From a virus (lineage: Duplodnaviria > Caudoviricetes), in the IMG/VR virus record IMGVR_UViG_3300021468_000003, positions 1 through 62,457 of that record: a stretch of DNA of 62,457 nt. One strand, given 5' to 3'. The position numbers and the translations under genes are program-made. Within the stretch, counting starts at the first letter, position 1; every line of letters starts with the position of its first letter. Positions 1 to 8,695 of the stretch are shown here, piece by piece. The notes beneath the pieces were generated by a model, which saw only the letters and a list, made by a program, of their open reading frames with translations, had not been told where the DNA came from and ran no database searches.

Positions 1-347
1 CCCATCCTTCGGATGGGCTTCCGGCGTCCCCCAACCGGAATCCCAAAGGATTCCGGCCACTTACACCCCACCTCTCGTCCCCCACCTCACCTAACCCCTC
101 GAAATCCTTACATAAAACTTTCCCCCGATCCATCCGATCCTTCGGATCGGCTTCCGTTGCCTCAGAGAAGGTTCTCTCTGCTTGAAGGCGGGTGTTCCTG
201 AACCTTCTCCCTATGGAAAATCCAAGGCCCCGCCCCATGACGGGCGAATCGGTCATGAGTGGGCGTTAACACAACAAATGGGAGGGGCCCGCCCTTCTTC
301 AACAAGACGTTAGGAGAGGAAACCTCGATCTGCAGCAGGAGGACAGA

Positions 348-488
348 ATGGAAGAAGTGCGGATAAAGTGCAAAGGAGGAAACAGGGGAAACACGAAGAT
401 CCTTGTTGGAGGGGAGGACCTCACCAACATTTTAAGCATCCGTAGGGTTGAGGCGAGTATGGAGGTGAATGGCCTTCCGCAGTCCTGA
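348..488 (+). CDS. Small hypothetical protein (46 aa, MEEVRIKCKGG...)
   Basis: Read by hand; GGAGG RBS upstream of ATG 348; below the ORF-track cutoff. Confidence 0.45.
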   Translation: MEEVRIKCKGGNRGNTKILVGGEDLTNILSIRRVEASMEVNGLPQS

Positions 489-541
489 GTGGGTGTTGAG
501 GGCCCTGGAAAAGGAGATTGAGAGGGTGAGGAGCGCCAGCA

Positions 542-1081
542 ATGAGAAGTAGACCCTCCTGGGACGAATACTTCATGTTCATAGCCAAAGTGGTCAGCAC
601 CCGCTCCACTTGCAGCTCCCGCCCTGCTGGGGCCGTGATAGTGAAGGACAACCGCATACTGGCTACGGGGTATAACGGGGCAGTGCCTGGGGATACCCAC
701 TGCATAGATGTGGGAAACGGATTTTGCTTCAGGCGTCACATCGGCGCTTCCGACCAGGCCAAATATAGCTACTGCAAAGCCTCCCATGCTGAGGCCAACG
801 CCATAGTACAGGCAGCCAAGTTGGGAGTATGTGTGGATGGAGCTAAGATATACTGCACACTGGCCCCTTGTTACACCTGCTTTAAGTTGATAGTGACAGC
901 CGGAATCACACACATTTACTATGAGTTGGAGTACAGGTCGAGGGATGAGGAGCGAGACAAGTTTTGGAAACAAGTCGTGAGGAGGTCCCCTGTACAGATG
1001 ACTCAAATCGTGCTGGGCAGGGCCGTGTATGACTACATACTGAAGAGGGTGGAAGGCGTCACCTCAAAGAGGAGGTTGTGA
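542..1081 (+). CDS. dCMP deaminase (ComEB/cytidine deaminase family)
   Basis: RPSWDEYFM, RSTC, ATGYNG, HAEANAI and PCxxC zinc motifs. Confidence 0.92.
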   Translation: MRSRPSWDEYFMFIAKVVSTRSTCSSRPAGAVIVKDNRILATGYNGAVPGDTHCIDVGNGFCFRRHIGASDQAKYSYCKASHAEANAIVQAAKLGVCVDGAKIYCTLAPCYTCFKLIVTAGITHIYYELEYRSRDEERDKFWKQVVRRSPVQMTQIVLGRAVYDYILKRVEGVTSKRRL

Positions 1082-1082
1082 G

Positions 1083-1694
1083 ATGAAGCGTTACTTGGAA
1101 GACGTGGAGCCTAGGGATATCCTCTACAACTTCTTGGAAGGGAACAAGCCTTACAAAGTCGTGGAGGTGCGTAAGGATAGGGTGTTGGTTGAGAGTGAGG
1201 ATGGGAGGTACGCTCTTGTGGAGAAAAATGGTTGTGCGGAGGTAGTGCCGCATTTTCTCTATACGCCTGTAGAAGTCCTTGACCCGAGGAACTTGCCGGA
1301 GAGGCCCTGGAAGCCCCGCAAGGGGGAGTGGGTGTGGGTGAAAGGCAAGGAATGGCGCACCTGGGCATTGCGAAGGTTCAAGGGGATGGACAAGGAGGGG
1401 GTCTACGTCTGCACCAACGTCTATGACAGCGGAACGGAGTTGTTCTATGAGGTAGCCCCCTTTAAAGGCAAGTTACCGCCACGGCCTTGGAAGCCTAAGA
1501 AGGGTGAGTGGGTGTGGGCAAAAAGACCGAAAACTGGTTGGGTGTTAGCTAAGTTTGTATCAAGGAATCCCCACAATGAGGACTATTTGTACTGGTGCAT
1601 CCTTCAGGAAAAACCTGGCAAGTTAGCATTTAGTGAGGTAGCCCCCTTCAAAGGGGAGTTGCCACCTGGGTTGGAGGATGAAGATGCCGAGTAA
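1083..1694 (+). CDS. Hypothetical protein with a duplicated C-terminal domain
   Basis: RPWKPxKGEWVW...EVAPFKGxLPP occurs twice; RBS present. Confidence 0.75.
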   Translation: MKRYLEDVEPRDILYNFLEGNKPYKVVEVRKDRVLVESEDGRYALVEKNGCAEVVPHFLYTPVEVLDPRNLPERPWKPRKGEWVWVKGKEWRTWALRRFKGMDKEGVYVCTNVYDSGTELFYEVAPFKGKLPPRPWKPKKGEWVWAKRPKTGWVLAKFVSRNPHNEDYLYWCILQEKPGKLAFSEVAPFKGELPPGLEDEDAE

Positions 1695-1929
1695 GAAATG
1701 GTTTTATGAGTTTTACTGCGAGAACTGCGGGAACGTTCTCGCAACTGCAGAGCACAGCTCCATTCACCTAGTACTGGGGTTTGAGACCCTGTGCCAAGAG
1801 TGCGGCACTTCCTGTGGCAGTAGCCACATTTTCAATACTGGAGTCAGAAAGGTCTGTCTACAGCGGAAGCCCAACTTCAAATGGTATAATCCCTTCACCT
1901 GGGGCTATGAGAGGGAGGTGGAGGAGTGA
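1678..1929 (+). CDS. Zn-ribbon hypothetical protein
   Basis: CENC...CQEC pairs; packed in the operon. Confidence 0.65.
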   Translation: MKMPSKKWFYEFYCENCGNVLATAEHSSIHLVLGFETLCQECGTSCGSSHIFNTGVRKVCLQRKPNFKWYNPFTWGYEREVEE

Positions 1930-2132
1930 GAGGCTTAATGAAGATAGATGATGACAAGTGGATACGACCAGACAAAATTGAGGCCGTTTGGCTCAGTCCT
2001 GCTCCTTGGAGATGGGGGTTTTCGATATCTGGCCGTTGGATAATGGGAGGGGAGTTTGCTGACAGGGAAAGTGCAATGGAGTGGTTCACCAGAACCTGGG
2101 GTGAGAATCGGCCAGTTGAGGAGTGGATGTAG
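1926..2132 (+). CDS. Hypothetical protein
   Basis: GTGA start/stop overlap; GGAGG RBS. Confidence 0.6.
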   Translation: MRGLMKIDDDKWIRPDKIEAVWLSPAPWRWGFSISGRWIMGGEFADRESAMEWFTRTWGENRPVEEWM

Positions 2133-2153
2133 ACATCTAAGGGTGTGGCTTGA

Positions 2154-2179
2154 AGCTTTTTGTTTGTGCACAAATTGCT
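2154..2179. promoter_or_regulatory. 26-bp palindromic motif, copy 1 (degenerate)
   Basis: AGCTTTTTG-tttgtgca-CAAATTGCT directly upstream of the RBS of the 2196 gene. Confidence 0.55.
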
Positions 2180-2195
2180 AAGGGAAGGAGAGAAG

Positions 2196-2429
2196 ATGAG
2201 GGAAGAGGTGAGGTGGTTCGCTGAAAGGATGGAGGAGGTCCTTAAGGAGAACGACTATAAAGGCGGTTGGGAGAATATGGAGCTCTTGGATTTGTTCTGG
2301 AATCTTTCAAGTGAAGTTCGTGAGCTTGAGGCCGCCTTGTGGTATGGAGATGGGGATGTTGTGAAGGAGTGTTGTGACGTAGCCAACTACGCCATGATGA
2401 TTGCAGATAAGGTGAGGGGGAGGAAATGA
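2196..2429 (+). CDS. MazG-like all-alpha nucleotide pyrophosphohydrolase-family protein
   Basis: EVRELE...KECCDVANYAMMIAD acidic motif; start moved to ATG 2196 after the RBS. Confidence 0.6.
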   Translation: MREEVRWFAERMEEVLKENDYKGGWENMELLDLFWNLSSEVRELEAALWYGDGDVVKECCDVANYAMMIADKVRGRK

Positions 2430-2848
2430 GAACACAGGAAGAAATAATGGCAAGGATAGAGCAGAGAAAAGATAAAGACCCACTCGGATTTGAATTTCCA
2501 CATTATCTAAGCAGGCTTGACTATGAGCATGCAAAACCCTATCTAAAACCCGAAACAACGAAAGAAGAATGGGACAAAGTCCGAAAAGGATTTGAAAACA
2601 TTCGTCAAGAGATGATTGATTATATGCCTTTTGCTTGGGAGAAAGCCAATAGCAAGAGAGGCATATCTGCTAGTAGGTCAATACATCATTACATTGCGTG
2701 GTTGTGGTTGGAAGGCGAGTGGCCTGATGATGAGATTGATGTTCTTGAAAACTATAGTTATTACGGGAAGGACGAACTTAGGAAGATATGTGAATATTTG
2801 GGGTTAGACCCTGATAAGTTTGATGATGGGATAAGAGAGAATTGGTGA
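2426..2848 (+). CDS. Hypothetical protein
   Basis: 140-aa ORF with ATGA overlap and RBS. Confidence 0.75.
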   Translation: MRTQEEIMARIEQRKDKDPLGFEFPHYLSRLDYEHAKPYLKPETTKEEWDKVRKGFENIRQEMIDYMPFAWEKANSKRGISASRSIHHYIAWLWLEGEWPDDEIDVLENYSYYGKDELRKICEYLGLDPDKFDDGIRENW

Positions 2849-2861
2849 AGGAGGAAGAAAG

Positions 2862-3092
2862 ATGAAAAATGAAGATTGGCAATGGCCTCATGAAGATTAC
2901 ACAGAGTATCTTGATGAGGAAGCGAAGGTAGAGATATATGTAGACCCTTCCGTGGAAGAAGATGGAGATGGGTCATTAGAGCGCCCATTCAAGCGGTTAA
3001 ATAAAGCACTAGAGAAAGGGTGGTCACTCCCAGAGGGGAGATGGCCAATGTATCTTATCAAGAATAGTAGTTGGGGAATTGGGCAAGGTTGA
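2862..3092 (+). CDS. Hypothetical protein with a DUF1565-like motif
   Basis: IYVDPS...GDGSLERPF motif. Confidence 0.55.
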   Translation: MKNEDWQWPHEDYTEYLDEEAKVEIYVDPSVEEDGDGSLERPFKRLNKALEKGWSLPEGRWPMYLIKNSSWGIGQG

Positions 3093-3103
3093 GAGAGGAG
3101 AAG

Positions 3104-3406
3104 ATGGTGACCATTGAATTTCAGAAGCAAAGAGAAGCCTCGGCAGAGGACTTGTCGAAGGTAAAGACATTCAAGAAGCTAGTCATCTACAAAGACGACG
3201 CTAACAAGATCGTCTTCAGCAACTTGGCCCTAGCCACCGCCAGGCGGGAAGGAGAGAAACTCGTGATCGAGGTTGTGGCCAAGAAAATAAAGCTCCTGAC
3301 TATTGAGGAACGCAGGTGCGATGTTTGTGGGAGAACAACAGGAACGTTCGAGACAACAAAGGACGGAACGATCTGCACGAAGTGCAAGGAGGCACTATGG
3401 ACGTGA
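3104..3406 (+). CDS. Hypothetical protein with C-terminal Zn ribbon
   Basis: CDVC...CTKC; ATG 3104 follows a GAGGAG RBS. Confidence 0.65.
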   Translation: MVTIEFQKQREASAEDLSKVKTFKKLVIYKDDANKIVFSNLALATARREGEKLVIEVVAKKIKLLTIEERRCDVCGRTTGTFETTKDGTICTKCKEALWT

Positions 3407-3858
3407 AGATGATTCGGACGGAGAAGTTATATAGGCTGCTGCCTGCGCAGAAAACCCTTCCTTGGGGATTACGCTGGCTCAAGCCTTGGGTGTTGCGCAT
3501 CCTAGACTGGTTGAAACAGTACGATGACAGGGTACGTCAGGCGGAAGTTGTGACCTACACCATCAAAGAGGACGAGGTGTACAATCTCGTGATGAAAGCC
3601 TGGGAGGAGGCCAAGTTCACCTGGCACGCAAGCATCAGGTTCCTCTTGATCGGGACCAAACAATGGAAAGAGTTGACGGGGAGCTTGCCGGAGGCATAGG
3701 GAGCTTTTACCCTCGAAAAGGGAGGTTTCACTCTCGAGAAGGGAGTACCTTGGCAATTCCTCGGTTTGAAGGTGATCGTGGTGCCTTGGATGGACGGGGT
3801 CGTAGTGTTGCCGGAGGTAAGTGAGTTTTGCTTGGGTTGTGAGAGGAGGTGCAAATGA
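3397..3858 (+). pseudogene. Hypothetical gene interrupted by an in-frame TAG at 3697-3699
   Basis: Frame stays open 52 codons past the TAG (GAFTLEKG...GLKVIVVPWMDGVVVLPE...) and ends in an ATGA overlap with the next gene. Confidence 0.6.
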
Positions 3859-4298
3859 ACGAAGAGAAAGCTGTCAATGAGGCACTAGCTCTTATACAGG
3901 CATTGGAGAGTGGAGAAAGAAAGGCCCTTGATAAATGCGAGCAAGCCTCTTACTACTGCAAGAAAGCTGGCAACAACTTCCTGGTTTACTTTTTCAATAT
4001 CCCAATCAAGAACAGATTGATCTGGAGAAGGTTGCGAGAGCGACATGGAGTGGAGTGTGTATATGATCTAGATGAATTTGATAGGGTGGAGAGAAAGCTA
4101 AAAGCTAAAGTAAGAAAAGCATTAGCACAATTCATTAAAAGGTCAGGGGTTAAGAGTTTGACGTTCTTCGTAAATGGAGATTTGGATGGGCAAAAAGAGT
4201 TCATGCAAAAATTTGGTTTAGATGATTATCAAGCGTTAGTTTGCTATGAGGCTCTGAGAGCCTGGAAATGGTTGAATAGAGGGTTTTTTGAGGACTAG
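3855..4298 (+). CDS. Hypothetical protein
   Basis: GGAGG RBS, ATG 3855, 147 aa. Confidence 0.7.
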   Translation: MNEEKAVNEALALIQALESGERKALDKCEQASYYCKKAGNNFLVYFFNIPIKNRLIWRRLRERHGVECVYDLDEFDRVERKLKAKVRKALAQFIKRSGVKSLTFFVNGDLDGQKEFMQKFGLDDYQALVCYEALRAWKWLNRGFFED

Positions 4299-4314
4299 GT
4301 AGAAAGGAGCAAGG

Positions 4315-4608
4315 ATGAACGAGGAAATGTTTCAGTGGCTAAAGGAGTTCGCTCCGAAGGCCTGGGATTTGGCAGTGCGTCAAGTGTGGATTGATGCGTT
4401 GGAGATGACGGCGGCCTTCGGCTTCTTCTTGTCTATTTTTATCTTGGCGCTGTTGAGAGGAAGAAGGAAGAGTTTTGATGAAATTACGTTTGCATCCTTA
4501 GCGGTTCTTGGAGTCCTCGGCTTTATCTTTGCGCTCCTCTTCTTTTTCGAGGCCCTCCCAAGGATGCTGAATCCAGAGTTCTACGCTTTGTTGGAGTTGA
4601 AGCCATGA
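4315..4608 (+). CDS. Membrane protein with two predicted TM helices
   Basis: Two hydrophobic stretches; C-terminal LNPEFYAL. Confidence 0.7.
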   Translation: MNEEMFQWLKEFAPKAWDLAVRQVWIDALEMTAAFGFFLSIFILALLRGRRKSFDEITFASLAVLGVLGFIFALLFFFEALPRMLNPEFYALLELKP

Positions 4609-4910
4609 CAAATGTTGATGATGTTGCAGGTGTTGTCCTGGAGCTGAAGGACGGGCGCAAAGTCAAGTGCAGTGTGCTAAGAGTGTACAAGATGGTGAGG
4701 GAGGTCATTCGCCACGAGGGAGCAGAACACATTTCTCTGGAGTTTTTGACCCTTCCTCCGACGATCGAGATCCCCGAGAAGTGCAGTCTGTGCCCCTATT
4801 CAACGTGGACGGGCCCTTTCTTGGTTTGCGGTCATGAGGAGTTGAGAGGGCGTGACGTCTGGGGCCTGGAGCGCCCTCCTTTGGAATGTCCGTTGAGGAG
4901 GAAGAGGTAA
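4605..4910 (+). CDS. Cys-rich hypothetical protein
   Basis: IPEKCSLCP...CGH...ECPL; ATGA overlap. Confidence 0.65.
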   Translation: MTNVDDVAGVVLELKDGRKVKCSVLRVYKMVREVIRHEGAEHISLEFLTLPPTIEIPEKCSLCPYSTWTGPFLVCGHEELRGRDVWGLERPPLECPLRRKR

Positions 4911-5129
4911 ATGAAGATAAGACGCACAATCACGGTGAGGTTGACTCCTGAGGAGGAGTTTTGGATCGTTGTGGAGTGGTGTAGGAAGCGAAGAGAGGCA
5001 GTTGAGGCTGTGCTTAGGAACGATCGCATTCGCTGACCGTTTCCGGCTGAGTGCAAGGAGTTTCCTTGCGACACTCTTTATTGCAATGCAGATGTTTGTG
5101 AGAATGGGTTTGCTTATAGAATGTCATAG
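4911..5129 (+). CDS. Small Cys-rich protein with an in-frame TGA at 5034-5036 (selenoprotein candidate or pseudogene)
   Basis: MKIRRTITV...RIR*PFPAECKEFPCDTLYCNADVCENGFAYRMS; RBS upstream; hairpin 12 nt after the TGA. Confidence 0.5.
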
Positions 5130-5138
5130 GAGGAAGAG

Positions 5139-5363
5139 ATGGCTAAGGCTTTCATTTGTGAGAAGTGTGGAGAGGTAGAGAGAATGGCATCATTCAACTA
5201 CCTTATCACAAGGAATGTTTGTGGGTTGCATGTAGTAAGAATCGACGCAATCTCTCCTTCTGAACCCGATTACTGCAGGAAGTGCTGGATCGAGGTATTG
5301 GAGGTCATCCTAGAAAGGTTGAAGAGAGGAGAAGGGATTGAGTTCAAAGGAATGGAGGATTGA
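5139..5363 (+). CDS. Zn-finger hypothetical protein
   Basis: CEKC...CRKC; RBS. Confidence 0.7.
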   Translation: MAKAFICEKCGEVERMASFNYLITRNVCGLHVVRIDAISPSEPDYCRKCWIEVLEVILERLKRGEGIEFKGMED

Positions 5364-5695
5364 CGATGAAAAAGTTGATTATTGTTGCTGTTGTCTATGG
5401 AGTGTTGTGCTCCTGCGGGCTTGCAGAGAATATGGCTTTGAGGAAGCGGGTCCTGGAGGACCCGATGACTTCCGCCAGGGCGAGAGAAGCGATCAAGAAA
5501 GGGAGAATCTTTGTTGGAATGACGAGGGACGAGCTCCTAGCGAGTTGGGGGCCCGCCAAGTGGTGGTCGCCCTGCTCCAGGAAGTTCACGCTCGGCGGGG
5601 AGGAGTATGAGACTCTTGACTTCTCCTCAATCCACGACTGTTCCATTGTGGTGTACCTAAAGGAAGGGAGGGTAATTGGATGGAAACAAAATTAA
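5360..5695 (+). CDS. Exported or lipoprotein, SmpA/OmlA(BamE)-like motif
   Basis: Signal-like N-terminus with LCSC; GMTRDELLASWGP motif. Confidence 0.55.
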   Translation: MTMKKLIIVAVVYGVLCSCGLAENMALRKRVLEDPMTSARAREAIKKGRIFVGMTRDELLASWGPAKWWSPCSRKFTLGGEEYETLDFSSIHDCSIVVYLKEGRVIGWKQN

Positions 5696-5718
5696 CTGTT
5701 GGTGAAGAAGGAGGAAAC

Positions 5719-5898
5719 ATGGAAAAGAAGAAGGTTACCCCGAAAGGGCGAGGAATCGAGTTCAAAGTTGTAAGCGCTCCGATGAAGGACATTGAGCACA
5801 AACTTAACCTTTTGACGAAGACCCACGAAGTGGAGGTGGTCGGCACCTCTGTGGTGGGCAACCACCTCGTGGTGTTGTGTGAGGTGAGGAAAAAATGA
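5719..5898 (+). CDS. Hypothetical protein
   Basis: GGAGG RBS before MEKKKV; ATGA overlap with the next gene. Confidence 0.6.
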   Translation: MEKKKVTPKGRGIEFKVVSAPMKDIEHKLNLLTKTHEVEVVGTSVVGNHLVVLCEVRKK

Positions 5899-6704
5899 AA
5901 ATCTTCTACCATGACGCAGACCTTGATGGGAAGTGTAGTGCTGCCGTAGTGAGGAGGTATGCGCCGAAGGCAGAGTGCGTGGGCGTTGACTATGGGAGGC
6001 CCTTCCCTTGGGAAGCGGTACACCCAGGAGAGACGGTGTACCTCGTAGACTTTCATTTGCCCCCTGAGGGGATGTTAAGGCTTTGGAAGATGGCGAACCT
6101 TGTGTGGATTGACCATCACAAGTCCGCCCTGGAGTGGGCCTGTCGAGTGGACTTCTGGCCGCCTGGACTCCGCTCCCTGGGCAGCGCCGCTTGTAAGTTG
6201 TGCTGGAAGTGGCTGTTCATCGGCCCCGTCCCTCTCGCTGTCGAACTCATCTCTAGGTTCGATGTGTGGGATGTGGATGAGGACGTCCTTGCTTTCAACT
6301 ACGGCCTCGATGCTCATGACCCCACCCCAGAGGATGAGGTGTGGCCCGAGCTCTTCGCCGGCCCTGATCTGGTGCACAAGTTCATGGAGGAGGGACGCAG
6401 CATCCTGAGATGGGTGCGCACCTTCTGCAAGCGGTACGCCACCTCCTTCCAACGGCGGGCTTACTGGGAGGGGTTGGACATCATCGAGGTGAATGTGGGC
6501 CTCATGAACTCCCTCTTGGCTGATGTCTGCGAGGACGCTGACGTGTATGCCTTTGTTGTGCGTGGCCCAAAGGGGTGGAAAGTGAACCTCAGGTCAGAGC
6601 GTGTTGATGTAAGCAAGTTGGCCTCCCGCTTCGGGGGCGGAGGTCATGAGAGAGCTGCGGGCTTCTGGTGTAAGGAGCTCCCGTGGGAGGGGATGTACGT
6701 CTGA
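5895..6704 (+). CDS. DHH/DHHA1 family phosphoesterase
   Basis: HxxDLDG, VDF, IDHH and GGGGHxxAAG motifs. Confidence 0.9.
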   Translation: MKIFYHDADLDGKCSAAVVRRYAPKAECVGVDYGRPFPWEAVHPGETVYLVDFHLPPEGMLRLWKMANLVWIDHHKSALEWACRVDFWPPGLRSLGSAACKLCWKWLFIGPVPLAVELISRFDVWDVDEDVLAFNYGLDAHDPTPEDEVWPELFAGPDLVHKFMEEGRSILRWVRTFCKRYATSFQRRAYWEGLDIIEVNVGLMNSLLADVCEDADVYAFVVRGPKGWKVNLRSERVDVSKLASRFGGGGHERAAGFWCKELPWEGMYV

Positions 6705-6715
6705 GAGGGGTAACT

Positions 6716-6928
6716 ATGGAGAAAGGCTGGACAACTGACAACGAGAAGAAGTTCCTTGATGGACTTGGGACTGGGAAGTGGAAGAAGGGGTGGGGCCCCT
6801 CAAGGAGGGAGCTCCTCCGGAGGTATCTCGAAAGCCTGGAAGGACGGGTGCGATGGGGCGGAGTTGACAAACGTGCGGTGGAGGAGTACGCCCGCTCCCT
6901 CTTGGAGGAGTGCAATGCCGAGGAATAA
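6716..6928 (+). CDS. Hypothetical protein
   Basis: RBS plus ATG 6716. Confidence 0.6.
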   Translation: MEKGWTTDNEKKFLDGLGTGKWKKGWGPSRRELLRRYLESLEGRVRWGGVDKRAVEEYARSLLEECNAEE

Positions 6929-7298
6929 GGAGTTCCTCTCTTGCGTGAAGGACGTCTTCGGCAAGGAGTGGCGAGCCCGCCTTGAGTTCGAGTACACCCT
7001 CCTCGGGGTCGATGGCCTTGCGAGGAAGTGGGGCTTCCACTCTAACACAGTGCGTCGCTGGCTACGGAGGGAGGGCCTCCTCAAAGAGGGGCGCTGGGCG
7101 GTGAGGGGGATGTGTGTGGAGGAGATGGTGCGGGCCCTCGGAGGGGTTGGGGGCTTCCTCGAGAGAGGGGTCTCAGCAAAGAGGCTGGGGACGCTCCTCG
7201 GTCTTGGGAACACTGTTGTGAAGAGGTTGATAGTGGGGGAAGGATATGAGTACGACCCGAAAAGAAGAATATGGCGAAAATCCAATGACGTTCGTTGA
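6915..7298 (+). CDS. Putative helix-turn-helix DNA-binding protein
   Basis: LARKWGFHSNTVRRWL and SAKRLGTLLGLGNTVV HTH-like segments. Confidence 0.55.
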   Translation: MPRNKEFLSCVKDVFGKEWRARLEFEYTLLGVDGLARKWGFHSNTVRRWLRREGLLKEGRWAVRGMCVEEMVRALGGVGGFLERGVSAKRLGTLLGLGNTVVKRLIVGEGYEYDPKRRIWRKSNDVR

Positions 7299-7929
7299 TT
7301 ATCTCGTGCGCTTTTTCAAGCCTTACAAGGATCGCCCCAGGTTGCGGGAAGAGGTCGAGGAGGCGCTTGACCGCATTTTCGCAAACGGCGCCCCTGCTGG
7401 GGAGGGAATGTGCGTCCTCGATGAGTGCAAGAAGTGAAGTGGGTAATGCCCCGTGGGTGCGGGGAGAAAGGAGAGAAGATGACGAGGGAAGGATTTTTTC
7501 TCTGTGTGTTGTTAACATTCAGCGGGGTTGCTGTTTGCAGCGGAATGGGGTTCGTGGCTGACTTCCTCTGTTGGCTTTTAGGAGTGGAGAAGTGGCAACT
7601 GCTCGTTGGCAGCACCCTCGGTATGGTGGCGACTTTTCTTGTTGGTTGTGTAGCTTTGGGGGAGGATGTATGAAGTGTGATAAGTGTGGTGGAGAGATGA
7701 AAGTCCTCTACTCTGCGTTGGAGAAGGGAATGTATAAGGAAAAGACCTTGTGGGCTTGTCCGAGGTGCGGGAGAAGGAGGACGGAAAAGCGGGAGTGGGA
7801 AGATGAGCGCTTTGTTGTGGATGGGGCCTTCCTAAGGGCTATTTGTAAGTTCGCAAAAGCGAGGAGGGGCGTTGTAATGTGTGAAGCGAGAGGGGTGACT
7901 TGCAAGTTCCAGTGTGTGAGGAGGTGGAA

Positions 7930-8334
7930 ATGAACCTTCTCTTAGCGGCCCTCTGCCTCTTAGGCGTGGTGCAAGGGATGGACGTGACTGTGACCGCCTA
8001 TACGTCGAGCGTGAGGGAGTGTGATGGTGACCCCTGGGTGACGGCGAGTGGGTACCGGCTGAGGAGGGGCGATGCTGTAGTTGCGGTAAGTCGTGACCTA
8101 GAGGCCGCAGGCCTGAAGATGGGCACCTGGCTCTACTTGGCCCTCCCGCAGGGAGAAGGGTGGTTCCGTGTAGAAGATAGGATGCACCCCCGATGGAGGA
8201 AGCGTGTCGATGTGTGGATGGGCACCTCCCGCAGAGATGCGCTCGCTTTCGGGAAGAGGAGGGGCCGTATCTACTTCATCGTAGGTGCTGATGAGCAATT
8301 TGTTCACGCACATTTTGCTAAGGAAGGAGGTTGA
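7930..8334 (+). CDS. 3D-domain (MltA-like) peptidoglycan protein with signal peptide
   Basis: VTAY, TASG, VAVSRD, VEDR, RVDVW motifs. Confidence 0.85.
   Translation: MNLLLAALCLLGVVQGMDVTVTAYTSSVRECDGDPWVTASGYRLRRGDAVVAVSRDLEAAGLKMGTWLYLALPQGEGWFRVEDRMHPRWRKRVDVWMGTSRRDALAFGKRRGRIYFIVGADEQFVHAHFAKEGG
8294..8319. promoter_or_regulatory. 26-bp palindromic motif, copy 2
   Basis: AGCAATTTG-ttcacgca-CATTTTGCT directly before the RBS of the AdoMetDC gene. Confidence 0.6.
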
Positions 8335-8335
8335 A

Positions 8336-8695
8336 ATGTTCTACAGGTTATGTTTGGACTGCAGAAACGGGAAGGAGGGAGCCTTGAGTGATCGTGAACT
8401 CTGCGAGCGGTTCATGGACGCCCTCGTGAAGGTGCTGGATGTGAAGGAGGTTGGCCGTGTGGTATGTGAAGTTGGCGGCCCCGCCTGGAATGGGCTCCCG
8501 CCTGGGGTGAGTATTGCCTCCCTCTACGTGGAGAGCGGCTCCCAGCTGCACACTTGGCCCGAAGATGGGAAGTTCTACCTTGACGTGACGTCGTGCAAGC
8601 GCTTCGCTGGTGGGCCCGTAGTTGCATTAGTTGAGAATTGGTTCGGGGCTGAAGTCGAAGTGAGGTTCGCCTCAAGTGAGGTCCTTGATAGCTGA
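8336..8695 (+). CDS. speD: S-adenosylmethionine decarboxylase proenzyme-like protein
   Basis: GVS...ES(G)SQLHTWPE...YLDVTSC pyruvoyl-enzyme signature. Confidence 0.8.
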   Translation: MFYRLCLDCRNGKEGALSDRELCERFMDALVKVLDVKEVGRVVCEVGGPAWNGLPPGVSIASLYVESGSQLHTWPEDGKFYLDVTSCKRFAGGPVVALVENWFGAEVEVRFASSEVLDS

